Positions 18,179 to 25,106 of a DNA stretch of 25,106 nt are shown here, one piece after another. A program made the translations under genes and the position numbers. The notes beneath the pieces were generated by a model. It had not been told where the DNA came from. It did not search any database and saw only the letters and a list, made by a program, of their open reading frames with translations. Within the stretch, counting starts at the first letter, position 1. Every line of letters starts with the position of its first letter. Source of the DNA: a bacterium (GTDB lineage Bacteria > Auribacterota > UBA3054 > B51-G9); NCBI GenBank assembly GCA_029939815.1, contig JAOZSF010000002.1:1-25106 (forward strand). The letters are read 5' to 3'.

Positions 18179-19336
18179 ATGAAGAAAAAAACTCAAATTA
18201 TAATTTCAATATTTTTACTCTTTTTGACTTGTTCAAAAACGTTCGCCGGTATATATTATGTTTCAAAAACAGGTTCACATTCTTCACCGTTTACTTCGTG
18301 GGCAACTGCGGCGACTAATATTCAAACGGCGGTTAATTCATCTTCCGATGGTGATACTGTTCTTGTTAATGATGGAACTTATTATCCAAGCAGCGAAATT
18401 TTTGTGGCAAAAAATATTATTGTCAAAAGCGTTAACGGAGCTGAAAACACTATTGTTGACGGGAACAATATAAACAGATGTTTTTATTTGTTTAGTGCGA
18501 ATCCAACAATTGACGGATTTACTATTACAAACGGATATACTTCGGAGTGGCATGGCGGAGGAGGGGTGTATTGTTATGATAGTGGCACAATTCAAAATAG
18601 CACGATTAGTGGGAATTCGACAAGGTTTAATGGTGGTGGAGTGCTTTGCAATCGTGGTGGCACAATTCAAAATAGCACTATTAGCGGGAATTCGGCAAAA
18701 TTTAATGGTGGCGGGGTGCGTTACAATCATGGCGGCACAATTCAAAATAGCACTATTAGTCAAAATTCGGCAGACTGGGGCGGAGGTATATTTGGCGGCA
18801 CTATCAGCAATTGTATAATCAGTAGAAATTGTGGTGGCGGAATATGCAACAGCATCATCAACAATTGCACTATTACTATGAATTCCGCAGGGTTGGGCGC
18901 CGGAGCGTTCTACGGTACCGTCAACAACTGTATTATTACTAAAAATTCCGCAGATACAAGAGGTGGTGGAACATGTTACGCCATCGTTAACAATTGTACT
19001 ATTATTGGAAATACTGCGTGGAATGGTAGTGCTACAGCACACTCTACTGTCAACAATTGCATTGTTTGGAACAACATTGCTTATAATTATGGCAATAATT
19101 TTTGTGATAGCAAAATTAAATATAGCTGTTCAGCCGCTTTATCTGGCGAAGGGAATATTTCAAATAATCCGGAATTTGTAGATATAAAATCCGGCAATTA
19201 TCATTTGAAAGTAAATTCATCTTGCATCAATGCCGGAACTAATGCTTTCGCACCAATGCCTTATGACCTCGATGGGAATTCTCGTGTTTTTGACAACATA
19301 GTTGATATGGGGGCTTATGAATATCCTGTTCGCTAA
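18179..19336 (+). CDS. Secreted right-handed beta-helix protein with a choice-of-anchor-Q-like C-terminus
   Basis: Signal peptide ending TFA; AATNIQTAVN; GGG...NSTISGN and NNCxIxxN repeats; SSCINAG...DLDGNSR...VDMGAYEY. Confidence 0.85.
   Translation: MKKKTQIIISIFLLFLTCSKTFAGIYYVSKTGSHSSPFTSWATAATNIQTAVNSSSDGDTVLVNDGTYYPSSEIFVAKNIIVKSVNGAENTIVDGNNINRCFYLFSANPTIDGFTITNGYTSEWHGGGGVYCYDSGTIQNSTISGNSTRFNGGGVLCNRGGTIQNSTISGNSAKFNGGGVRYNHGGTIQNSTISQNSADWGGGIFGGTISNCIISRNCGGGICNSIINNCTITMNSAGLGAGAFYGTVNNCIITKNSADTRGGGTCYAIVNNCTIIGNTAWNGSATAHSTVNNCIVWNNIAYNYGNNFCDSKIKYSCSAALSGEGNISNNPEFVDIKSGNYHLKVNSSCINAGTNAFAPMPYDLDGNSRVFDNIVDMGAYEYPVR
18584..18772 (+). repeat. Intragenic 75-bp tandem repeat (two full copies plus one partial)
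   Basis: Copies start at 18584, 18659 and 18734 with the same first 20 nt (ggcacaattcaaaatagcac); copies 1 and 2 match at 64/75 nt. Confidence 0.95.
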
Positions 19337-19387
19337 AATTTCCATTAGATTAGGATGATTGGTGAATAATTGCCCGAACCGGAAATC

Positions 19388-20236
19388 TTACCATTTAATT
19401 TCAATATTATCAATTAATCGCGCTTTGTTGAAGAAAACGGCAATCGCGATTAATAATTTATCCCCTTTGTTGGGACGCGAAACTTCTGATAGAGTATTAA
19501 TATCAACAATAGATATATAATCGATTCTTATATCTTTTTCCTTTTGTATAAACCGTATGAGTTTTCGGCGGATTTGTGCTACCGATAAATTATTTTTCTT
19601 CCAGTTCTTTATTTCCTGTAATCCTTTGTAAATTACAGCCGCCTGCTTCCGCTCTTCAGGTAAAAGATATTTATTTCGTGAGCTGATAGCTAAGCCGTCT
19701 TTTTCTCTTTTAATCGGTGCGATGATTATTTTAACGGGGATGTTCAAGTCGCGGACCATTCTTTTAATAATTATTGATTGCTGCGCGTCTTTTTGGCCGA
19801 AAATTGCGATGTCAGGACTACAAATCATAAATAATTTAAGAACAACGGTGCAAACACCTCGAAAATGCCCTTTACGCCGTGCACCGCAAAGATATTGTGA
19901 TAATACTTCTTCGTTTACCCAGGTTGATGCATTATCAGGATACATTCCCGCTACCGAAGGAGAAAATACGACATCCACACCGGCTTTGCGGCACTTCTTA
20001 ATATCTTCTGATAAAGTGCGGGGATAATTGTCATAATCTTCGTTAGGACCGAACTGCATCGGATTCACAAATATTGAAACTATAACCTTATCAGCCTTAT
20101 TCTTTGCCGAGCGAATAAGAGATAGATGACCTTCATGCAAAGCGCCCATTGTTGGCACAAGAGCAATGGTTTTCTTTTCAGCATGCCAGTTTTGGCTTTG
20201 CGTGAACATAGATTTTAATGAATTAATTTTCTTCAT
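19388..20236 (-). CDS. panC: Pantoate--beta-alanine ligase (pantothenate synthetase)
   Basis: VPTMGALHEGH, SIFVNPMQF, RKGHFRGVCTVV, FGQKDAQQ, DGLAISSRN, ARLIDN. Confidence 0.98.
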   Translation of the reverse strand: MKKINSLKSMFTQSQNWHAEKKTIALVPTMGALHEGHLSLIRSAKNKADKVIVSIFVNPMQFGPNEDYDNYPRTLSEDIKKCRKAGVDVVFSPSVAGMYPDNASTWVNEEVLSQYLCGARRKGHFRGVCTVVLKLFMICSPDIAIFGQKDAQQSIIIKRMVRDLNIPVKIIIAPIKREKDGLAISSRNKYLLPEERKQAAVIYKGLQEIKNWKKNNLSVAQIRRKLIRFIQKEKDIRIDYISIVDINTLSEVSRPNKGDKLLIAIAVFFNKARLIDNIEIKW

Positions 20237-20253
20237 AAAAATAATTAAAGGAA

Positions 20254-20610
20254 TTATTCCTTGCTTTCCTCTTCCTTGGATTCTTCACTTTTTTCTTCAA
20301 TCTTCTCTTCAGCCTGCTCTTCTTTCTTATCTTCGAGTTCATCAACATAATTAAGTTGAAGAGTTGAGATGCTGTTAGTTAATAAATCTTCTTCGACTTT
20401 GCTTAAATTTCCTTTTGTCTTTTCTTTTAAGGCGGAAAGAAGATCAATAGTAGCCTGAGCTCCATTCAGGTCTTTTTCAATTTTCTGAGTCATTGGGTTC
20501 ATTACTTTCCCGAGCTGCATCATTCCTGAATGAGACAGTCCCATAACGAACTGCATAAAAAGTATTTCGTTTTTTTGTTTTTCAGACATAGCATCCATTT
20601 TTTTCTCCAT
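20254..20610 (-). CDS. DUF1844 family protein
   Basis: F...L...MMQLGKVMNP...DLNGAQATIDLL..LKEKTKGNLS..E..LL pattern. Confidence 0.85.
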   Translation of the reverse strand: MEKKMDAMSEKQKNEILFMQFVMGLSHSGMMQLGKVMNPMTQKIEKDLNGAQATIDLLSALKEKTKGNLSKVEEDLLTNSISTLQLNYVDELEDKKEEQAEEKIEEKSEESKEEESKE

Positions 20611-20616
20611 TGTTAA

Positions 20617-21537
20617 TTATTTTAAAAAATCAGACATTTGCACTACCTGATATTTTTTTGTATTTTTAATCAGACTTATTATACCATTTTTCCCAACTAA
20701 ATGCGCAGCGCCTACAACCACAAAATACCTTCCTTCACTTTTGAGATATTTCTCAATCTGTTTAGCCATTATTTTGTTGCGCTGATAGATAAATGTGTCA
20801 AGAAATTTTTGCCCTCCCGGATAATTCGCGCATCGCTCAAAAAAGTTTTCCACAATTTTTGTATTGCCGGTTTTCCACGCGTTAATTAATATTTTTATTT
20901 CTTTATCCCAGCGGCTTATATCCTGAAGTGAATATTCAATGTATGGCTCACCGAGACTATCCATCAATTTTAATTGTTGCTCAGGGGTTTCAAGTTGCAG
21001 AATGTTTTTCTTTTTCCTGGCATCATCGAGGTAATACTTGTCGATGCCGAATTCAGGGTCATAGCCCAACGAGGCAAGCTTAAGCATTACAAGTGAAGTA
21101 ACTACCGCGGCCGGTTTCATTTTCGAGATTTTATTCTGTGAAACGCCAAGTTGAGCAAATGTGTTTAAAAGCTGAATATATGTGTTTCGGGAAATGTTGT
21201 TTTGTAGTGATTCGCCTTCAGGATACTCCAAATATCCCTTAATCTTTTCCTTGTCAATCTCTTCGGGGTCAAGCTCAACTACCAATGTGTCGGAAGCGTC
21301 ATACGCCATCTCAATCATTTCGTTCAGCGGGAACATATCTTCGGTCCCGACGTGAATTGAGCCAAGAATATAAACGGTGCTGACTTTTGACTTTACCCGC
21401 CAGAAGAACAATTTTTGCAGTTTGGGTTGTGAACCGTCAAATGAATTTGTTAAAATAACTTCTTTATTTCGTGCACAGGAATTACCGGACATAATAATTA
21501 TTAAAATTAAAATTGAGAATATAATTTTTTTACACAT
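20617..21537 (-). CDS. TraB/PrgY/GumN family protein (TIKI-like putative metalloprotease), exported
   Basis: YILGSIHVG, LVVEL, GID, LETPEQQ, RNKIMA, VVVGAAHLVG; hydrophobic N-terminus; AGGAGA RBS at 21542-21547 (minus strand). Confidence 0.9.
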   Translation of the reverse strand: MCKKIIFSILILIIIMSGNSCARNKEVILTNSFDGSQPKLQKLFFWRVKSKVSTVYILGSIHVGTEDMFPLNEMIEMAYDASDTLVVELDPEEIDKEKIKGYLEYPEGESLQNNISRNTYIQLLNTFAQLGVSQNKISKMKPAAVVTSLVMLKLASLGYDPEFGIDKYYLDDARKKKNILQLETPEQQLKLMDSLGEPYIEYSLQDISRWDKEIKILINAWKTGNTKIVENFFERCANYPGGQKFLDTFIYQRNKIMAKQIEKYLKSEGRYFVVVGAAHLVGKNGIISLIKNTKKYQVVQMSDFLK

Positions 21538-21576
21538 AATTTCTCCTTTTTTTCTGTTGAGCTGTAACGATACTAT

Positions 21577-21604
21577 ATTATATCAAAAACGGTTGCATTT
21601 TCAA
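21577..21604 (-). promoter_or_regulatory. Candidate sigma70 promoter for the traB-DUF1844-panC operon
   Basis: Minus strand: TTGAAA, 16-nt spacer, TATAAT, with TG making an extended -10 (TGATATAAT). Confidence 0.6.
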
Positions 21605-21626
21605 TCTTTCTTTTTTTAAAACAAAT

Positions 21627-21635
21627 TGATACAAT
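21627..21635 (+). promoter_or_regulatory. Candidate extended -10 promoter for the ECF sigma gene
   Basis: TGATACAAT ends 7 nt before ATG 21643; no SD between. Confidence 0.45.
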
Positions 21636-21642
21636 ATCTATA

Positions 21643-22194
21643 ATGGAACCGGAAAAAGAAAAATCTATTCTGAGAAAATGCCGCGCCGGAGAATATATTG
21701 CTTTTAATCATCTTGTTTCGCATTATAATAACCGCGCATATTATTACGCATTAAGTATTGTGCATAATCATCACGACGCGCTTGATTTTGCGCAGGAATC
21801 TTTTGTGAAGGCGTTTCGCGCCATAAACACATTTGACATCTCAAAACCTTTTCTGCCGTGGCTTCTAAGAATTGTTCGTAATACTTGTTTTAATGAATTG
21901 AAAAAGAAAAAAAGACGCGCGGAATGTCCGGGAGCGGAAGACGATTATATAGTTTTAGAAAAAATTTCCTCTAATGCAAAACAACCATACGAAATTATTG
22001 AAGAAAATGAACTCGCGGCTTCAATAAAAACAGCTGTAAAAAAATTGCCCGAGGCACAGCGAGAAACAGTCTTCCTTTTTCATTTCGAAAATCTGTCATA
22101 CGGGGAAATAGCTGAAGTGACCGGTGTGCCCGTTGGAACAGTTATGTCGCGCCTTTTTAACGGCAGGAAGAAACTCGCGGAATTATTGAAATGA
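21643..22194 (+). CDS. ECF (sigma70 group 4) RNA polymerase sigma factor
   Basis: Region 2 AFNHLV...DALDFAQESFVKAF...PWLLRIVRNTC; region 4 LPEAQRETVFL...SYGEIAEVTGVPVGTVMSRLFNGRKKL. Confidence 0.96.
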   Translation: MEPEKEKSILRKCRAGEYIAFNHLVSHYNNRAYYYALSIVHNHHDALDFAQESFVKAFRAINTFDISKPFLPWLLRIVRNTCFNELKKKKRRAECPGAEDDYIVLEKISSNAKQPYEIIEENELAASIKTAVKKLPEAQRETVFLFHFENLSYGEIAEVTGVPVGTVMSRLFNGRKKLAELLK

Positions 22195-22222
22195 ATAAAA
22201 ATAAAATATTGTTGTAATATAA

Positions 22223-22663
22223 GTGAAAGCTATGGATGATAACACACAAAATCTTATTTGTAAAGTACTTGACGGAACCGCAACTTCCGAAGAGGAAAAA
22301 ATTATGAACGAACTCAAAGAAAAACATCCCGAGGTTCAGGCGGAACTTGACGCACAGAAAAATATCATCGATTCGTTTCGGTCGGTCGGTCTTCCCGAAC
22401 TGGATGATTCGCTGCAAAAGGAATTCTCTGCCGGCGTTTATAATAAATTTGAACGGGCAACGGGATGGATACTTTCATGTATCGGCATCGTGCTTGTTCT
22501 TGGTTACGGGATTTATGAATTAATTATGCATCCGGATATTAATGCCGTTTATAGAATCGGGATGGCTGCTTTAGTAATAGGGTTTGGACTTTTGTTCAGC
22601 AGTGTTCTTCGCGGTCGCTTAAAATTAAAAAAATACGATAAATATAAGGAGGTAATTCGATGA
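22223..22663 (+). CDS. Putative anti-sigma factor with two TM helices (start GTG 22223 or ATG 22232)
   Basis: Directly after the ECF gene; N-terminal ASD-like L..VLDG...EE segment; two TMs; stop overlaps the next ATG (ATGA). Confidence 0.7.
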   Translation: MKAMDDNTQNLICKVLDGTATSEEEKIMNELKEKHPEVQAELDAQKNIIDSFRSVGLPELDDSLQKEFSAGVYNKFERATGWILSCIGIVLVLGYGIYELIMHPDINAVYRIGMAALVIGFGLLFSSVLRGRLKLKKYDKYKEVIR

Positions 22664-22980
22664 TAATTGTAACAACAGACTCAATTCCGGGATACGAAAT
22701 AACTGAAGTTATCGGACTTGTTAGAGGAAACACAATCCGCGCCCGCGCAATCGGGAAAGATATATTGGCGGGGTTTAAGAATATTATCGGCGGTGAAATT
22801 CACGAATATACAAAAATGATCGCTGAATCACGGGAACAATCTCTCGACAGAATGGTTGCAGAAGCTGAAGAAAAAAACGCGGATGCAATTGTTGGTGTTA
22901 GATTTACTACAAGCTCGGTTATGCAGGGAGCGGCGGAATTATTCGCTTACGGCACTGCAGTGAAAATCAGGAAAAACTGA
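22660..22980 (+). CDS. ybjQ: YbjQ/UPF0145 family protein
   Basis: MIIVTTDSIPGYEI...GLVRG...IIGGEIHEYT...ADAIVGVRF...YGTAVK, 106 aa. Confidence 0.95.
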   Translation: MIIVTTDSIPGYEITEVIGLVRGNTIRARAIGKDILAGFKNIIGGEIHEYTKMIAESREQSLDRMVAEAEEKNADAIVGVRFTTSSVMQGAAELFAYGTAVKIRKN

Positions 22981-23051
22981 AATAAGAAACGAATTTCACA
23001 AATTTAATTTTCTATTGTATCCATTAATATAAAATAAAACGGAGAGAAATC

Positions 23052-23684
23052 ATGACAACTTTTTTTGAAAGTTTAAACGGAATAGAAAAAATCTTTCTGA
23101 TATGTGCTGTTATCGGAAGTACTTTGTTTTTGATTAGAACACTTCTTTTCTTTGTCGGAGGTGATGCCGATTCGGATGTCGATGGCGATTTTGACGGTGA
23201 AGTTGACATTGACGGCGATGTAGATTTCGATGGCGACATTGACGCTTCGGATATGGGGCATATCGACAGTGCGGCAAGTTTTCATATTTTCTCTTTACAT
23301 GGAATAACCGGTTTCTTTATGATGTTCGGATTGGTTGGCCTTGCGATGTCTCGGCAGAGTAATTTAACTCCGGCAATTGCTGTTGGCGGTGGATTGGTTG
23401 CAGGTGTTTTTACGATGTGGCTTGTGGCGAAAATTTTTATGGGAATGAAAAAACTTCAATCCGATGGAACTTTAAATATTAAAAACGCAATCGGTGCAGA
23501 TGGAACAGTTTATCTTAATATTCCGGGAGACGGGACGGGGAAAGTACAGGTTGTTGTCCAGGAAAGTTTAAAAATATTTAACGCGGTATCCGCAAATAAA
23601 GAAGAAATAAAAACCGGTGAGAATATTAAGGTTATAAATGTTATTAGTGGAAATATTTTAGTAGTTAGAAAAGTGTTGCAGTAA
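23052..23684 (+). CDS. NfeD-like (YuaF/YqiJ type) membrane protein with a C-terminal OB fold
   Basis: N-terminal TMs, acidic loop, C-terminal IGADGTVYLNIPG...GKVQV...AVS...IKTGENIKV; sits before a flotillin gene; GGAGAG RBS at 23041-23046. Confidence 0.88.
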   Translation: MTTFFESLNGIEKIFLICAVIGSTLFLIRTLLFFVGGDADSDVDGDFDGEVDIDGDVDFDGDIDASDMGHIDSAASFHIFSLHGITGFFMMFGLVGLAMSRQSNLTPAIAVGGGLVAGVFTMWLVAKIFMGMKKLQSDGTLNIKNAIGADGTVYLNIPGDGTGKVQVVVQESLKIFNAVSANKEEIKTGENIKVINVISGNILVVRKVLQ

Positions 23685-23715
23685 AAAATATTAACAATTA
23701 AAAAAGGAGAATATC

Positions 23716-25106
23716 ATGGGAAATGGAGGTTTATATGTATTAGCAGTAGTGGCACTCGTCATAATCAGTTTTTCGTTCATCATCTTTCTCGCTAAAAGAT
23801 ACAGACGATGCCCTTCTGACCAGATACTCGTAATTTACGGTAAGGTTCGGCGTGGAATGTCGAGCAGATGTCTTCACGGCGGCGGAGCATTTGTCTGGCC
23901 CTTAATTCAGGATTATTCTTACCTGAGTTTAACACCGATGACAATCAGCATTCCTCTGCAAAACGCGTTGTCATTTCAAAATATCCGAATAAATGTTCCA
24001 AGTACTTTTACGGTCGGTATTAGCGTTGACCCGGCAATAATGACTAACGCGGCGGAACGTCTTCTTGAATTGGAAGCAAATATGATAGAAGATATGGCTA
24101 AAGAAATTATTTTTGGTCAGCTGCGTTTAACGGTAGCTTCGCTGACAATTGAACAGATAAATCAGGATCGCGAAAGTTTTCTTGAATCGATCAGAAAAAA
24201 TGTTGAGCCGGAACTTAATAAAATCGGTCTTTATTTAATTAATGTAAATATTACCGATATTACTGATGAATCAGACTACATTGAAAGTATCGGCAAAAAA
24301 GCCGCGTCCGAAGCTGTTAACAGAGCAAAAGTCGATGTTGCCGAACAACAGAAAATAGGCGCTATTGGTGAATCAGAAGCTTATCGCGAGAAAAATATTC
24401 GTGTTGCTGAAAATGAAGCGACAGCAGAAAAAGGTATGAAAAAAGCCCGCGCGGACAGACGTATCTATGTCGAACAGCAGGAAGCTGAAGCCGTTTCGGG
24501 AGAAAACCTGGCGAGAGCCAATATAGCCGATTCTAATGCCGCGCTCGATGTTAAAAAAGCTGCCGCGCTGCAGCTCGGTGAAGTGGCAAAACGCAAGGCT
24601 GAAGTCGAAATTCAAAAAGCACAGTATCTTGCCGAGCAGGAAAGACTTAATGCCGAAGAAGTTGTAAGAAAAGAAATCGAAAAACGTAAAATTGAGATAT
24701 CAGCCGAAGCAGAAGCTGAAAAAACACGCCGCGAAGCAAAAGGTATGGCGGACGGTGTCCTGTTCAGATACGAAGCGGAAGCAAAAGGTATCAGACAAGT
24801 TCTTGAAAGCAAAGCTGAAGGTTATAAATCTTTGGTTGAGAGTTGTAATGGTGACGCCAAAGCGGCTGCCACACTGCTCATGATTGAAAAACTTGAAGAT
24901 ATTGTCGCCAAGCAGGTTGAAGCGATTAAAAATATCAAAATTGACAAAATCACTGTTTGGGATTCCGCAGGCGGTGACGGCAAAAACACTTCAACAGCTA
25001 ATTTTGTTTCGGGTTTGATTAAAAGTGTTCCTCCGCTGCAGGATGTTGCCTCAATGGCGGGAGTTCAGCTGCCTGAATATCTCGGCAAAATGGTTGATGA
25101 AAAGAA
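23716..25106 (+). CDS. Flotillin/SPFH domain protein, 3' end truncated by the window (not in the ORF track)
   Basis: My translation from ATG 23716 (AGGAGA RBS at 23705-23710): MGNGGLYVLAVVALVIISFSFIIFLAKRYRRCPSDQILVIYGKV...HGGGAFVWPLIQDY...; EA-rich coiled coil; ...IKIDKITVWDS...; no stop seen before the window end. Confidence 0.93.
   Translation, partial: MGNGGLYVLAVVALVIISFSFIIFLAKRYRRCPSDQILVIYGKVRRGMSSRCLHGGGAFVWPLIQDYSYLSLTPMTISIPLQNALSFQNIRINVPSTFTVGISVDPAIMTNAAERLLELEANMIEDMAKEIIFGQLRLTVASLTIEQINQDRESFLESIRKNVEPELNKIGLYLINVNITDITDESDYIESIGKKAASEAVNRAKVDVAEQQKIGAIGESEAYREKNIRVAENEATAEKGMKKARADRRIYVEQQEAEAVSGENLARANIADSNAALDVKKAAALQLGEVAKRKAEVEIQKAQYLAEQERLNAEEVVRKEIEKRKIEISAEAEAEKTRREAKGMADGVLFRYEAEAKGIRQVLESKAEGYKSLVESCNGDAKAAATLLMIEKLEDIVAKQVEAIKNIKIDKITVWDSAGGDGKNTSTANFVSGLIKSVPPLQDVASMAGVQLPEYLGKMVDEK

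Noticed and set aside
18584-18772. Repeat considered as a CRISPR array
   Set aside because: It is in-frame and coding, the whole 75-bp unit is similar, and there are no unique spacers or cas genes.
18338-19042. 234-aa antisense ORF over the beta-helix gene
   Set aside because: It mirrors the repetitive Asn/Ser/Gly codons of a well-supported sense gene and has no independent motif or RBS.
6-19336. PEP-CTERM/exosortase-associated EPS system
   Set aside because: No exosortase gene and no PEP-TM-basic C-terminus is visible on the exported proteins here. It could still exist elsewhere in the genome.
22981-23051. SigW-like promoter (GAAAC at 22986) upstream of the nfeD-like gene
   Set aside because: No CGTA/GTC-type -10 at the right spacing.
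44-24883. The many 60-152 aa overlapping or alternate-frame ORFs in the track
   Set aside because: They lie wholly or mostly within confidently assigned genes, and none shows recognisable motifs.
1-25106. Alternative genetic code or recoding
   Set aside because: TGA ends several genes at family-appropriate lengths (sigma, ybjQ, GT4), and no frameshifted or interrupted genes were seen.

Overview
AT-rich bacterial DNA, standard code 11, with no RNA genes, CRISPR array or mobile element that I can see. Four blocks. (1) ~6-15842 (+): a tightly packed surface-glycan operon. It encodes a PHP-type tyrosine phosphatase, a Wzc-like tyrosine kinase/co-polymerase, a membrane-TPR-CBM-like protein, two GT-C (ArnT/PMT-like) membrane proteins (one with TPRs), a TPR protein, an O-acyltransferase, one GT4 and two O-antigen ligase/polymerase-family proteins. 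No flippase, Wza or initiating transferase is visible. (2) 15900-19336 (+): three exported proteins: a basic low-complexity protein, a YceK/YidQ-like + Cys-motif + LamG lipoprotein, and a beta-helix choice-of-anchor-Q-like protein. (3) 19388-21537 (-): TraB/GumN, DUF1844 and panC. (4) 21643-end (+): ECF sigma, 2-TM anti-sigma, YbjQ, NfeD-like and flotillin (truncated by the window edge, absent from the ORF track). The most unusual signal is in block 1: several GT-C-fold membrane proteins look split, truncated or catalytically degenerate and carry extracytoplasmic TPR or beta-sandwich domains, which suggests a multi-subunit glycan transfer or tailoring complex. All family calls come from motif recognition by eye, not database searches.
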